A DNA stretch of 63,324 nt, filler included, from Octopus bimaculoides (taxonomy: Eukaryota): assembly GCF_001194135.2 (NCBI RefSeq). It is 3 parts of 3 records of this genome, joined end to end, with 100 filler letters (N's around TTAATTAATTAA, not from the genome) between each part and the next. Parts side by side here need not be neighbours in the genome. Positions count along the whole stretch, not along the records: positions 35,358 to 63,324 come from NC_068994.1; 2 more parts are not named here. One strand, written 5' to 3'. The notes beneath the pieces are model-generated. The model had not been told where the DNA came from and did no database searches. It was given only the letters and a program-made list of their open reading frames with translations. This document shows positions 52,681 through 63,324 of this stretch, piece after piece. How positions within the stretch are numbered: position 1 is the stretch's first letter; the number at the start of each line of letters is the position of its first letter. The translations under genes were made by a program, and so were the position numbers.

Positions 52681-53702
52681 TATGTATATACTAGCTGAGG
52701 TACCCAGTAATAGATTACCGTTAATAAGTTGTCTGTTGATAACCATGAAATATTTTTCGTCAAATTTCGACATTTTGCAAAAATTNNNNNNNNNNNNNNN
52801 NNNNNNNNNNNNNNNNNNNNNNNNNNNNNNNNNNNNNNNNNNNNNNNNNNNNNNNNNNNNNNNNNNNNNNNNNNNNNNNNNNNNNNNNNNNNNNNNNNNN
52901 NNNNNNNNNNNNNNNNNNNNNNNNNNNNNNNNNNNNNNNNNNNNNNNNNNNNNNNNNNNNNNNNNNNNNNNNNNNNNNNNNNNNNNNNNNNNNNNNNNNN
53001 NNNNNNNNNNNNNNNNNNNNNNNNNNNNNNNNNNNNNNNNNNNNNNNNNNNNNNNNNNNNNNNNNNNNNNNNNNNNNNNNNNNNNNNNNNNNNNNNNNNN
53101 NNNNNNNNNNNNNNNNNNNNNNNNNNNNNNNNNNNNNNNNNNNNNNNNNNNNNNNNNNNNNNNNNNNNNNNNNNNNNNNNNNNNNNNNNNNNNNNNNNNN
53201 NNNNNNNNNNNNNNNNNNNNNNNNNNNNNNNNNNNNNNNNNNNNNNNNNNNNNNNNNNNNNNNNNNNNNNNNNNNNNNNNNNNNNNNNNNNNNNNNNNNN
53301 NNNNNNNNNNNNNNNNNNNNNNNNNNNNNNNNNNNNNNNNNNNNNNNNNNNNNNNNNNNNNNNNNNNNNNNNNNNNNNNNNNNNNNNNNNNNNNNNNNNN
53401 NNNNNNNNNAAGTGTGAGTGTGTGTATGTTTGTGTGTCTGTGTTTGTTCCTCCAAAAGCATGTGTGAAGAAGAAGAAGAAGAAGAAGAAGAAGAAGAAGA
53501 AGAAGAAGAAGAAGAAGAAAAGGAGAGAAAAGTAAATGAAATCAAGAAAAAAATATATATAAGTAAAAAGGAAATAAAAATTAAAAAAATATAAAATAAG
53601 ATTAATAGTTTGTAAAGAATAAAAAGTTTTGAATGGTACAACAATGCACTATAATATATAAAATGGACTATATACTTGTTGTAATTTAGTTATCTATAGT
53701 CC

Positions 53703-53737
53703 GATGATATTTCGGTATACAATTCCTTCTTCAGATC
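53703..53737 (-). ncRNA. Candidate minimal type-I hammerhead ribozyme (Penelope-associated style), partly decayed
   Basis: Minus strand reads GAT-CTGAAGA-A-GGAAT-TGT-ATACC-GAA-ATAT-C-ATC. This gives the CUGANGA core, stem II with one mismatch, GAAA, palindromic ATAT stem III, AUC cleavage triplet and 3-bp stem I. Confidence 0.35.
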
Positions 53738-56010
53738 TTCTTAGATGGAGTCTATGCTATAAACTGTTTACTAACGGCTTTTCTTTTCTTTTTTTTCTTC
53801 CGGAAAATTAATAGTAATTGGGAACAGTGGGGGGAGATTTAAGTCTATCAAGAATAGCCAAATAGAAAATTTAGGAATGGTCAGTATTGTGTTCTTGTCA
53901 AAAGTTGACCTGTGTGGTGAGATCACCTATTCAGTTCTCACAGTGGGATGGTGTATACACACACACACACATACATATATATGTATATATACACACATAC
54001 ACACGTACTAATACACTTATATGTTTGTTGACTTTTATACCTTTGCATGTACATACACATATACGCATACATACATGTACATATACATATACGTATACAC
54101 ACGCGCGCGCGCACATATGCATATATATATTTGAAAGTTTATGAAAATCAATACAATTTTAAGTATAAAGGGGGTACACGCACTCACATACACAGTTGCT
54201 TGCACGCACACACATACATACACACATAACTATGCGCGTGCATGCACACACACACGCACACACATACACACGCACACATGCACATTCTATCGTTCTATTA
54301 ATGGCTTGAGCCAGAGGCTGTGACAAGACTGAAGCACTGCCATTAGCGTTAAGGCTTGCTTATTTTAGACTCATTCCTGACATTGGTCCTGATGAAGTAG
54401 TGAACAGGACAGACCTGTCCTTCGTATTTCTTGCTGAGATATGAGGTTATTTGGTATATCAGATAAAAAATTGTATAATTGAACACCGCCACATCTACCC
54501 ATGAGGCCTTTGATCCCTAAGCTGTTACAGTATTTGAGACTCTAGTCGGAAGAGACGGGATCTTTGTTTCTATGTCGAGGTCCAGTCCGGTGACTAGTAT
54601 AACTTTCAATCCCAATCTCACTTTATATATCCTTCTCTTACGTTTACCCCTTTTCTCACTCCCCACTTTTCTCTCCTTCGACCTCTGTAGCCGACTTACT
54701 GTTCTGACCACTGAAATATTTCCATCAATTTCTTCATATTTTTGAAATGCTATAAAAGAGGAAGGTTTTCGTAATGGCTGCATTTCCAATCATATATTAC
54801 GCAAACTTGAAATGTACGTATTAAATGATTGCAAATTATCACTTTTTGGTTTGACTTCATCATTACAACTTATAGAATTCAATGGCAGTACAAACTAGCC
54901 GATCTCGACTCCATTTATGCGGATACCCTAACGACGATTTGAAGTAGTTTATTATATTTGACTCGGTAGAAAATTCTCGTACCATCTTTCCAACTACACC
55001 CCACCACACACATACAAGTAGTAAAAATACACTTTATTTAATGATTTCGCTGTGAAACTTTAAGCAGTTTTGAATGCACTTTGATATAGTCTTCACAGAA
55101 AAATAGAGTTTGCTTCTTTGAGCATTAGAATAACAGGTGTACTTGTCCTTTGATAATTGGTCAATGGACTGTGAAACAGTCTGGACATCTTCACCACCAT
55201 CACAACCACCATCACAACCACATCAACCTCTATTGCCACCGGTCCCACTACGGTCTCCCCACCACCGCCGCTGCTGTCATCACCGCCCCCCTCCAGTACT
55301 CATGACATTACCATTAAAACTACCGCTATCATCATCACCATAAATATAAAACTGAAAGATGTTAAGTGGAATAATAATATATGAATGGTAACCAAGTAAG
55401 ATAGTGATGTTTTAACGTCATAATTTCGTTGACCTCCACTTGATGTTTCCATAAGTCTTCATTGACATCAGTTGACGAACTGATGGTGGCAGTGGTGCTC
55501 ATAGTAATGTTATAGGTGGTGTGGTTGTGGTAAGAATTGAGGGTGCTAATGACATGTAAGATGGGTTGACGTGTATTGACATATTAAAGGGTTGCAGTGT
55601 TGATGTGGTGATGGTTGAGTTGATGGTAGTAGTGGCGAATGTGCAGATGCTGGTAATGACGGTTATAGTAGTAGAAGTTGTGGTCATGGCAGTTGTAGTG
55701 GTGGTGGGTTATAGTTTTAATTCTGGTAGTGGTGGTGGTTGAGGCTGTGGTGGCAGAGTTATTGAACGAGTAGGCGGTCAATAACTGGACTACTGTAAAA
55801 TAGGTGGCTGAGGTGTGGTGTTAAGTTATGGGTGGTGGAGTAGTTTGATGTGTTGGTGGTTCTGAGGTGGGGCTGCTAAAGTGACACTAATAGCGGAGTG
55901 GTATTGTTGGCACAAGTATTGATAATGGTGGTGATGGTGGTGGCGGTGGCGATAAAGTAGAATATGTAGTTACATCATTTTGGTGGGAATTATTTCGAAT
56001 GTGTTGCACG

Positions 56011-56049
<39 letters not shown>

Positions 56050-56065
56050 TGCAGTACGCCACACA

Positions 56066-56121
<56 letters not shown>

Positions 56122-56146
56122 GTTTTCTCTTCCTTTCTTTCTTTTT

Positions 56147-56223
<77 letters not shown>

Positions 56224-57179
56224 GTAAACACACATATGCACATATGCACACACCCGCCCGCACACGCACACACACATACTATGTGTGTGTAAGCGACTGT
56301 GAGCTTGTATATATCTAGAAAAGGAAAGGAAGTTCAGTTTTCAGTGAAAGGTGGTGGATGGAAGAGAAGAAAAAGAAAAAGAGAAAGAGAAAGAGAGAGA
56401 GACAGAGACAGAGAGAGAAAGAGAGAAAGGGAGAGAGAAACTTCCATTTCCTTGTTATAAAGTAGCATGTGAAAATATGACAAACATGGTCAGTCTATCA
56501 CGACATCAGCATCAACTAGAAATAACAACAGCAACAGTATCACTAACAAAACAAAGCTACAAGGAAAACAAAAAGGTCTCAGTCATATTACAACACCTCC
56601 TTAATGCAGCCTGTTATCGTAACAATCGCTTAGCTGATGCAAATATATCGACATCATTGCCGCCACCACCACCACCACCATCAGCAGCGCCGCTGCCATC
56701 ATCCCCTCACCCGACCACGACAACACTGCCGCCATCATAACAACCACCTTCACACCACTACCGCAAACACTACCACAGCAATTACCCATTCCACCATCAC
56801 CATCATACTGCCACAGCAACAGCACCACAACCACTACAACCATCACCATTATCACAACGGCTACTACCACCACCACTACTACACATCATCCCACACCGCC
56901 GCCACCACCACCATCGCCACTAGCTCCACAACAACCACCACTGCCATCACCGCAACATCACTACCGCCACCACCACCACCGCTAACACCACCACAACAAC
57001 TACCAACACTGGCACCGCCAACACCACCATCACTACCACTCTACATATGCACAACCAGTCGTTTCTAACCGCTTCAAGGAAAATTCATGTGAAACTCCAC
57101 TAGTCTTAGAGAAATGACTGTGAAAAAACACTTTGAAGTTCTAGATCTCTAGAGAGCATTTGAAAAGCCTGACATCTTA

Positions 57180-57700
57180 CTAATTTTTGACATAACAATA
57201 CCAAATGTCTACAATGTTGTCTAGAAGAGAGCTAATGGAATTCCACCGCCTTAACTGTAGAATTAAATGGATTATGACAGTTAAGGAAAGTACCATATAA
57301 TTTGTAATTGATATAATTACAATGGTTGATATACAATCATTGATATCGACAAAATACCTAAAAAAAGGAGACATCAGCAACAGCAATAAGTTCCAATTAA
57401 ATGCCCACGTGTGTGTTAACCTTGGCCGAATTGTAAATGCTACGCGCAAAACTGATGGCAAGGTGCTATGGTGTGATGAAATATATCGAAAATGGATCCG
57501 AAGTCATCCCGACGTGATAAGCAACATGAAAAGACATAGATACGTTTCAGAAAATAACAATACCCAAATCTGTAAATGTTGTTTGGGAATGTTGTCTGTA
57601 AATGCTGTGCGGCATTTGTTAACTTTGAATGTTTTTGTCCCCTTGAATAACTTTTACATACAATCTCAAGATGTATCTAATTCTTGCTTTGAAGTAAAAA
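57180..57700 (+). mobile_element. Degenerate LINE APE endonuclease fragment (RTE-like)
   Basis: IDKIPKK, LNAHV and DGKVL motifs distributed across frames. Confidence 0.4.
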
Positions 57701-57985
57701 ATAGTCTCGATGTAGAGACATGCTTTAACAAAAGCCGAGGGGTGCCTCACTCATGAGTGTTACTAGTAACATGGAATCCAGTACAACCTGTGTGAATGGT
57801 CGAGTCGTCGGCGACTTAACCTGTGCCCACCCCACTAGGCTTACCTGGTGAAGAGGGTTGCGAGAAACTCAGCAGGATTAAAAACAAGACCTGTCAGAAG
57901 AACGGATGAGCCTACTGTAGGCTCAACAACAATTTAGCAATAGCATGGGCATTCAAAAATTCTGGGTTGGTGTCCAGCATAATGG

Positions 57986-58016
<31 letters not shown>

Positions 58017-58087
58017 CATATATATATATATACATATATATATATGTGTGTGTGTTTATATATGTATGTATATATACGTATGTAGAC

Positions 58088-58134
<47 letters not shown>

Positions 58135-58687
58135 AGATAGATAAACAGACATAAACACATACATAAACACAAAAGCACATATACTTATATAATGCATGGT
58201 GACGGTAACGCTATGCTATTATGCCATTCACTTGATAGATAGCATTGTTGCCCTAGGTATTGTTAATAATTTAATTGTCGTTTTTGTAGTTGTATATGTA
58301 TTTGAGGCTCTTGTTACTGTTGCTGTTGTAGTATTACAGAACAATTTGATTGTGTTAAACTGCCATGACCAGATCACGTGAACAGCGTTTGGCGGAACAT
58401 AGACTGGCACAAGAGTGCTGCAAGTGTATTGGTATTGAGGGCTTCTTAAGTGGCTCAGTTGTTAGATGAACTTCCGACAGCTCACACACGCATATATAAG
58501 TACATTCATATGTACATGTATATATTCATGCATGCATGCATACACATACGCGCGCACGCACATACATAATACATACATGCATGCATGCATACATACATAC
58601 ATACATACATACGCGCGTGTGTATGTGTGTGTGTGTGTGTGTTTGTGTGCGTCTGTATTTATGTATATGTATGCATGTTTATATATA

Positions 58688-61311
58688 CAGAGATTGGACA
58701 AGATAATGGAAACGCCACTTTTGATTTAACTATTTCAAATTCAGAACAGTTCTAGTCTATATATATGCATTCACGTGCATCATATATGCCTTATACTTTA
58801 TGATACAGCCCTGTCTTTCCCATTCTCACTCATTTTTTATTGATATTTATATCTAAATAAATTAAAATGCGTGACCTATCTGATTTCCAAATAGGACAAA
58901 ATGTTGAAGCACGGATGGCTGGAGTTGCAGTTACTAAAACTGCCGAATTGTTAAATGTTTCGAGAGCTACAGTCTCTATAAATCGGATCTAGGACAATTC
59001 GCCATAAGGCATTTCGCTGTAGGACAATTGGCCGTAGGACTATTCGCTGTACGACAATTCACCATACGGATATTTCACCTCAAGGACATTTTGTAATATA
59101 GCATAAGAAAAGAAAGATAAAAAATAAAAATAATGAAGGTCATACACTTTATTTAAAAATTTAATCTAAAAAAAACTAAAACCTAAAAATCATGTAAATT
59201 CACATTACTTTTGTGTTAAAATCACAATCAGTTTGATATCGCACCTTAAGCCCAATATCTGTCACCTTTCTGTAAACATTTTTACAGAAATGAAAATACA
59301 GCATGTTACATTTGCAGATGGAAAATTGTTTGAAAAACTCAGAAAACTAGCTTGTGCAAAATCAATCATTAGATTTTCAGGTCTTAGGGACTCAAGCAAA
59401 TCTTTAACCTTTTGAAAAAACTTATTGTATGTGTCAAGAGACTTATTCAGAAGGAGACCGTAAATTTATGGGATGCATGCATGTCCTATGTAGAGTACAT
59501 AGCTGATAATAAATTTCAGGACAAACCTTAAATGTTCCATCGCATTTTTATGTATCGTGCAACACTGCAGTCGTACTAGAAATCAACATTCTGTTTTCGT
59601 CTTCCACCCCACTATCGTAGAGGAAAAATCTTTCTCTGTTCTGTAGACACGTAAATTCTTCGAGAATTACATAGCCGATTCTTGATCTAGGTACAGGAGT
59701 GGCCGTTTCTTCTTTTTGACTCCATCTTCTAATGTTTCTTGATATGATAAACTTGAAGTTGATGGAGAGCGTCCTTCCTCCTCTAATTCCTCACATGCGG
59801 CTCCAATCAAAGATCGTGAAGCTCACTGGAATTTAAGTGCATTTTCTTTCATATTTGCTATTGCTTCTTGCATTTTTGGTTGGCTAGGATTCGGTAGATG
59901 TGTATGCTCACTTACAACTTTACAAATAGAAATCACTTCACTTTTCAGTTTTGTATGAACTCTGGCTTTACAGTTTGTATCAACATCCTTCCAATAGACC
60001 TTGCCTCCATATTTTCTTTCTTGTCTATAAATAAAGTTAGAGTCATCTACAAGCTTATCACCTCTGTGGCTTTTAATAGTGTACGGCATCGTAAGGGTTT
60101 AAGTTTTAACTTTTAAAGAAAAATAATGCAAATAATGTTAACTGTCGAGTTTAACCTCTCAAAACAAGCTTTTTGCTTTTGAATTTTCAAGATAAGGCTT
60201 ATTTTTAAATAAATGTTAAGCGAACTTTCTGCTTTTAAATTCTCATTTCAGCAATTAACGATGCAGTTACAAATTTAAACAACTTTTTTGCTTTCAAATT
60301 ATCATTTCAGCAGTTACCGAAAATGACTGATGTAAATACTATCCCTTTATCTACCTTGTTTAATTAACGACGCAATTTCAAGTTTCTAAGCTTTACGGCA
60401 AAATGTCTTTGCAGCAAAATATCCGTACGATATTTTGCTTATTGTCTTATGGTGAATAGTTCTATGGCCAATTTCTTGTCCCTTTAGTTGATCTAAATGT
60501 TAGGGTTAACGTCAGGTATTATCTGGGTACTTTGACTGACCACGTTTGTATGGTACAAACATTGCACCCTGATGGTATTGCAATATATCATGAAGATAAT
60601 GTACTGATTCACTCGGCTAATATTATTCACAGTTAGTATGAAGAGCACAAAAGTTAAGTCGATCACTTGGACTGAACCTCACAATCACCGAATCTTGATA
60701 TAACTGAACATTTATGGTGCATTTTGGAGCAGCAAGTGAGGAGCCCCTTTCTTTCACCACCGTCACTGAAAGAGCTAAAGCAGGTCTTACTTGAAGAGTG
60801 GTTCAAAATTCCTCTAAGAATCGTTGAAGGCCTGTACGAGTCAATTTCTCGATGCTTTAAAGCGAGGGTTGATGTCAAAGTTGGACCAACTTTGTATTTA
60901 ACAATATAATAAAACTTTGTACCAGCTAAAATATGCTAGAGTTATATTCGAACCCATAATAAAGCCATCCACAGTATTTTGACATGGAGAAAATTTCTCG
61001 CTATAGACAAATAAATGTAAACATACCAAAACAGTTCGAAGTACTCTCTAACCAGACTGATGGATGCGTGCATTTCGGAGGAGTTATCTTTTCTTCAGCA
61101 TCAGACAATAGGAGGAGGAGGCACGATGGACTGAGTTGAGATAGTTCTCTTTTATTATAGTCCAGTAAGCGTACTGTAACTTGTTCCGCTAATCGGCAGT
61201 GATCAAATATAGGATAGCAGTGCTAAACAGTGATGTGTATGTATAAACTGTTCAAATATGCTAGAGGCATTTTGTCATGGAGAAAATTTCCATTATTTTG
61301 TTCAACCTCAG
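58688..61311 (+). mobile_element. Tc1-family transposon, internally deleted, with two nested insertions
   Basis: Left TA|CAGAGATTGGACAAGATAATGGAAA; right TTTCCATTATTTTGTTCAACCTCAG. N-terminus MRDLSDFQIGQNVEARMAGVAVTKTAELLNVSRATVS at 58867-58982. C-terminus HEDN..IH...SQSPNLDITEHLW...EEWFKIP...GPTLY at about 60500-60900. Confidence 0.9.
58985..60494 (-). mobile_element. MULE (Mutator-like) transposon with FLYWCH and DDE transposase pseudogene
   Basis: FLYWCH-like SHRGDKLV...YWKD..NCKAR...HTH at 59823-60089, then FLYDSG..DENRML, CDGTFKVCP..YYQL, IDFAQA and CYFHFCKN...GL. Termini are built of inverted ~15-bp tandem units (TAGGACAATTCGCCR). Confidence 0.9.
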
Positions 61312-61436
61312 CATGTCCATACATGTATGCATACAAATACACATACATATACATATACCTACACATATACATACATATGTACATATACATATACACGTAT
61401 ATTTGCTTCAATGTGCGTATATAAATGTTTTGGGGA

Positions 61437-63085
61437 TTACATAGACAATATTTTTCGTTGGATATGAGCAGTTCCCATGAGCACTATCTTTTGGATTTCT
61501 TCCATTTTTGGATTCCCTGGTATCTGAGACAAGTATCAATCAGAACCCTTTTGCTATCATTCCTAGGGCACCTATAACAATAGGTATTGTTTTAGTCTTG
61601 AGATTCCACATTTTGCCAATTTCTATTTCAAGATCTTTATATTTTCTCAGTTTTTGGTAGGGTTTGACAGATAAATTTATGTCAATTGGGACAGTCTTAT
61701 CGATGAAGATGCATGATTTATGTCTGAAATCCTTCAATATAGTGTCTGGCCTATTTGCATCTATCTTTCTGTCAGTTTGAGCAGTAAAGTTTCAAAGGAG
61801 TGAAATGTGATCATTTCCAAGCACTAGAGGTGGTTTGTGTTCCCACCAGTTTTTATCATGGGGCAGGTCCAAGTATTTTCAAATTACCCAGTGAATATAC
61901 TGTGCTGCTCTATCATGCCTGTTGAGATACTTTGTAGGCATAAAAAGGCTGCACATGGAGACTTGATCAACGGTTTCATTTTGTCGTTTACATGCACGAC
62001 ATGTTGGGCCACTACCGTTCTCTAAGATGTTGGTCTGGTAGCTTCTTGTAGATCGGCATTGAACTTGGGCTGCTATGATAAACACTTCTGTTTCTGACTT
62101 TAAGCCAGAAGACACTAACCATTGATGCATAAGGGCTTTGTCAATATCAGCATTATTAGCTCTCTTTGGGTATTTGCCTTTGAGAGGTTTTTCTTGTCAT
62201 TTATCAGTAAGAATATCTAAGGCAGCAGTTTTAGCAAAAGGTATTCACACGCTTAGCTTTTTCAGTGTTTGTTTCCGGTACATCTAATTCTGAGATTTGT
62301 TGTATCTGAAATTCACTTAGATATTTCTTTGTCTGTTTTGTTACTGAGGATGAGGTCTTCTTGTTTTCATGCTTTAAGACAAGTTTTAGGTAGGTGGTTA
62401 GGTGTCAACAATTTTCTTATCTTTCTGTCAAGATTACATACTTCAGTAATTGACCAGTTAATAATATTGAAACTGTAAGTCACGACCGGTATGGCTAAAG
62501 TATTGATCGCTTCGATCCTTTTTCTTGCGTTCAGCTCTGTCTAGAGTCTTGCTCTTACCCTACGATAATATTCTTTTATAATATTTTCCATCATCATTGA
62601 ATCTTCGATTCCATCATTTTCAAATACCTCTTCGTATTTGTAGCTCTCTGCTGGTTCTAACTCCTTTATAACATTCTGCTTATCAAGTTTAACGTTGGAT
62701 GCTTCTATCATTTTCCCTCTGATAAGAGTAGCTTTTTCACATTTATCTAGGCCAAATTTCATCCTGTTGTTATAACTGAACTGCTTTACAATTGCTAGTA
62801 AGACCTATAGAGGTTGGCCATTTTTTGCAAAGAGCTTTAAATCATACATCTAAAGAGATAATTTATATTTTTATCAAAAATTTTATAGCCATATTGTACA
62901 TCATCAAGAAGAGCGGTGGTGATAGAGAGTCACCCTGGAAAATGCCACTTGAAATTGTTACATACCCAGCATTCAAGGATTCATTGTTATTCATTATTAT
63001 TCAAAGTAGTTTTCCATGATCTCATATTTACAGATGAGAAGTTTCGCAGAGTAGGTGCTATTTTGTAAATTTTCAAACATTTCGC
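61437..63085 (-). mobile_element. R4/Dong-like REL LINE (subfamily B), 5' truncated in the RT
   Basis: GIFQGDSLSP, MKFGLDKC, MHQWLVSSGLKSETE, CRAC...ETVD...RHDRAAQYIHW, RPDT...IDKTVPID.N, KYKDLEIEI...IPIVIGALG and IQKIVLMGTAHI..KILSM*. Confidence 0.92.
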
Positions 63086-63094
63086 AATGCGTAT

Positions 63095-63185
63095 TCTTCT
63101 TCTTCTTCTTCTTCTTCTTCTTCTTCTTCTTCTTCTTCTTCTTTTTCTTTTTCTTCTTCTTCTTCTTCTTCTTCTTCTTCTTCTT

Positions 63186-63216
<31 letters not shown>

Positions 63217-63246
63217 GTATTATTATTATTATTATTATTATTATTG
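63095..63246. repeat. (TTC)n followed by (TAT)n microsatellite
   Basis: About 120 bp of TTC, then about 30 bp of TAT. Confidence 0.95.
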
Positions 63247-63324
63247 TTCAGTAGTTTTATTTTTATAACGTGCTTTCACTTCACTACCGAGCGCAGCTCT
63301 GTGCGCCTTGGGTATGTGCTGTGG
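63225..63324 (-). mobile_element. Probable 3' end of a further LINE with (AAT)n tail, continuing beyond the window
   Basis: The minus strand reads ...GCTCGGTAGTGAAGTGAAAGCACGTTATAAAAATAAAACTACTGAAC(AAT)n, in the same orientation as the adjacent R4-like copy. Confidence 0.5.

Noticed and set aside
52688-52785. TATACTAG-start resembling a Helitron-type head
   Set aside because: Too short, truncated by a gap, and no 3' hairpin or CTRR end visible.
54385-54422. CTGATGA near a GGACAG/CTGTCC hairpin
   Set aside because: No stem II and no GAAA, so not a hammerhead.

Overview
AT-rich, microsatellite-dense eukaryotic scaffold with about 5 kb of N gaps. The repeat families resemble those I associate with octopus/cephalopod genomes; this is an inference and was not verified. 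I found no host protein-coding gene that I can support, and almost all listed ORFs are microsatellite or gap artefacts. Interpretable content is decayed mobile DNA. (1) At least three SINE-like families. (2) RTE, CR1/L2 and REL-endonuclease (R4/Dong-like) LINE fragments. (3) A GIY-YIG Penelope-like element. (4) Two mariner remnants. (5) A TIR-bounded Tc1 element carrying a nested FLYWCH-MULE transposon. I see no clearly new biological system. The best leads are: apparent partitioning of microsatellite insertion targets among LINE families, a candidate minimal hammerhead ribozyme (53703-53737), a long fold-back element in (TA)n, a 99-bp templated inverted duplication, a perfect double-octamer palindrome, and weak candidate minus-strand UTR exons. 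Repeat boundaries were placed by eye and are approximate.
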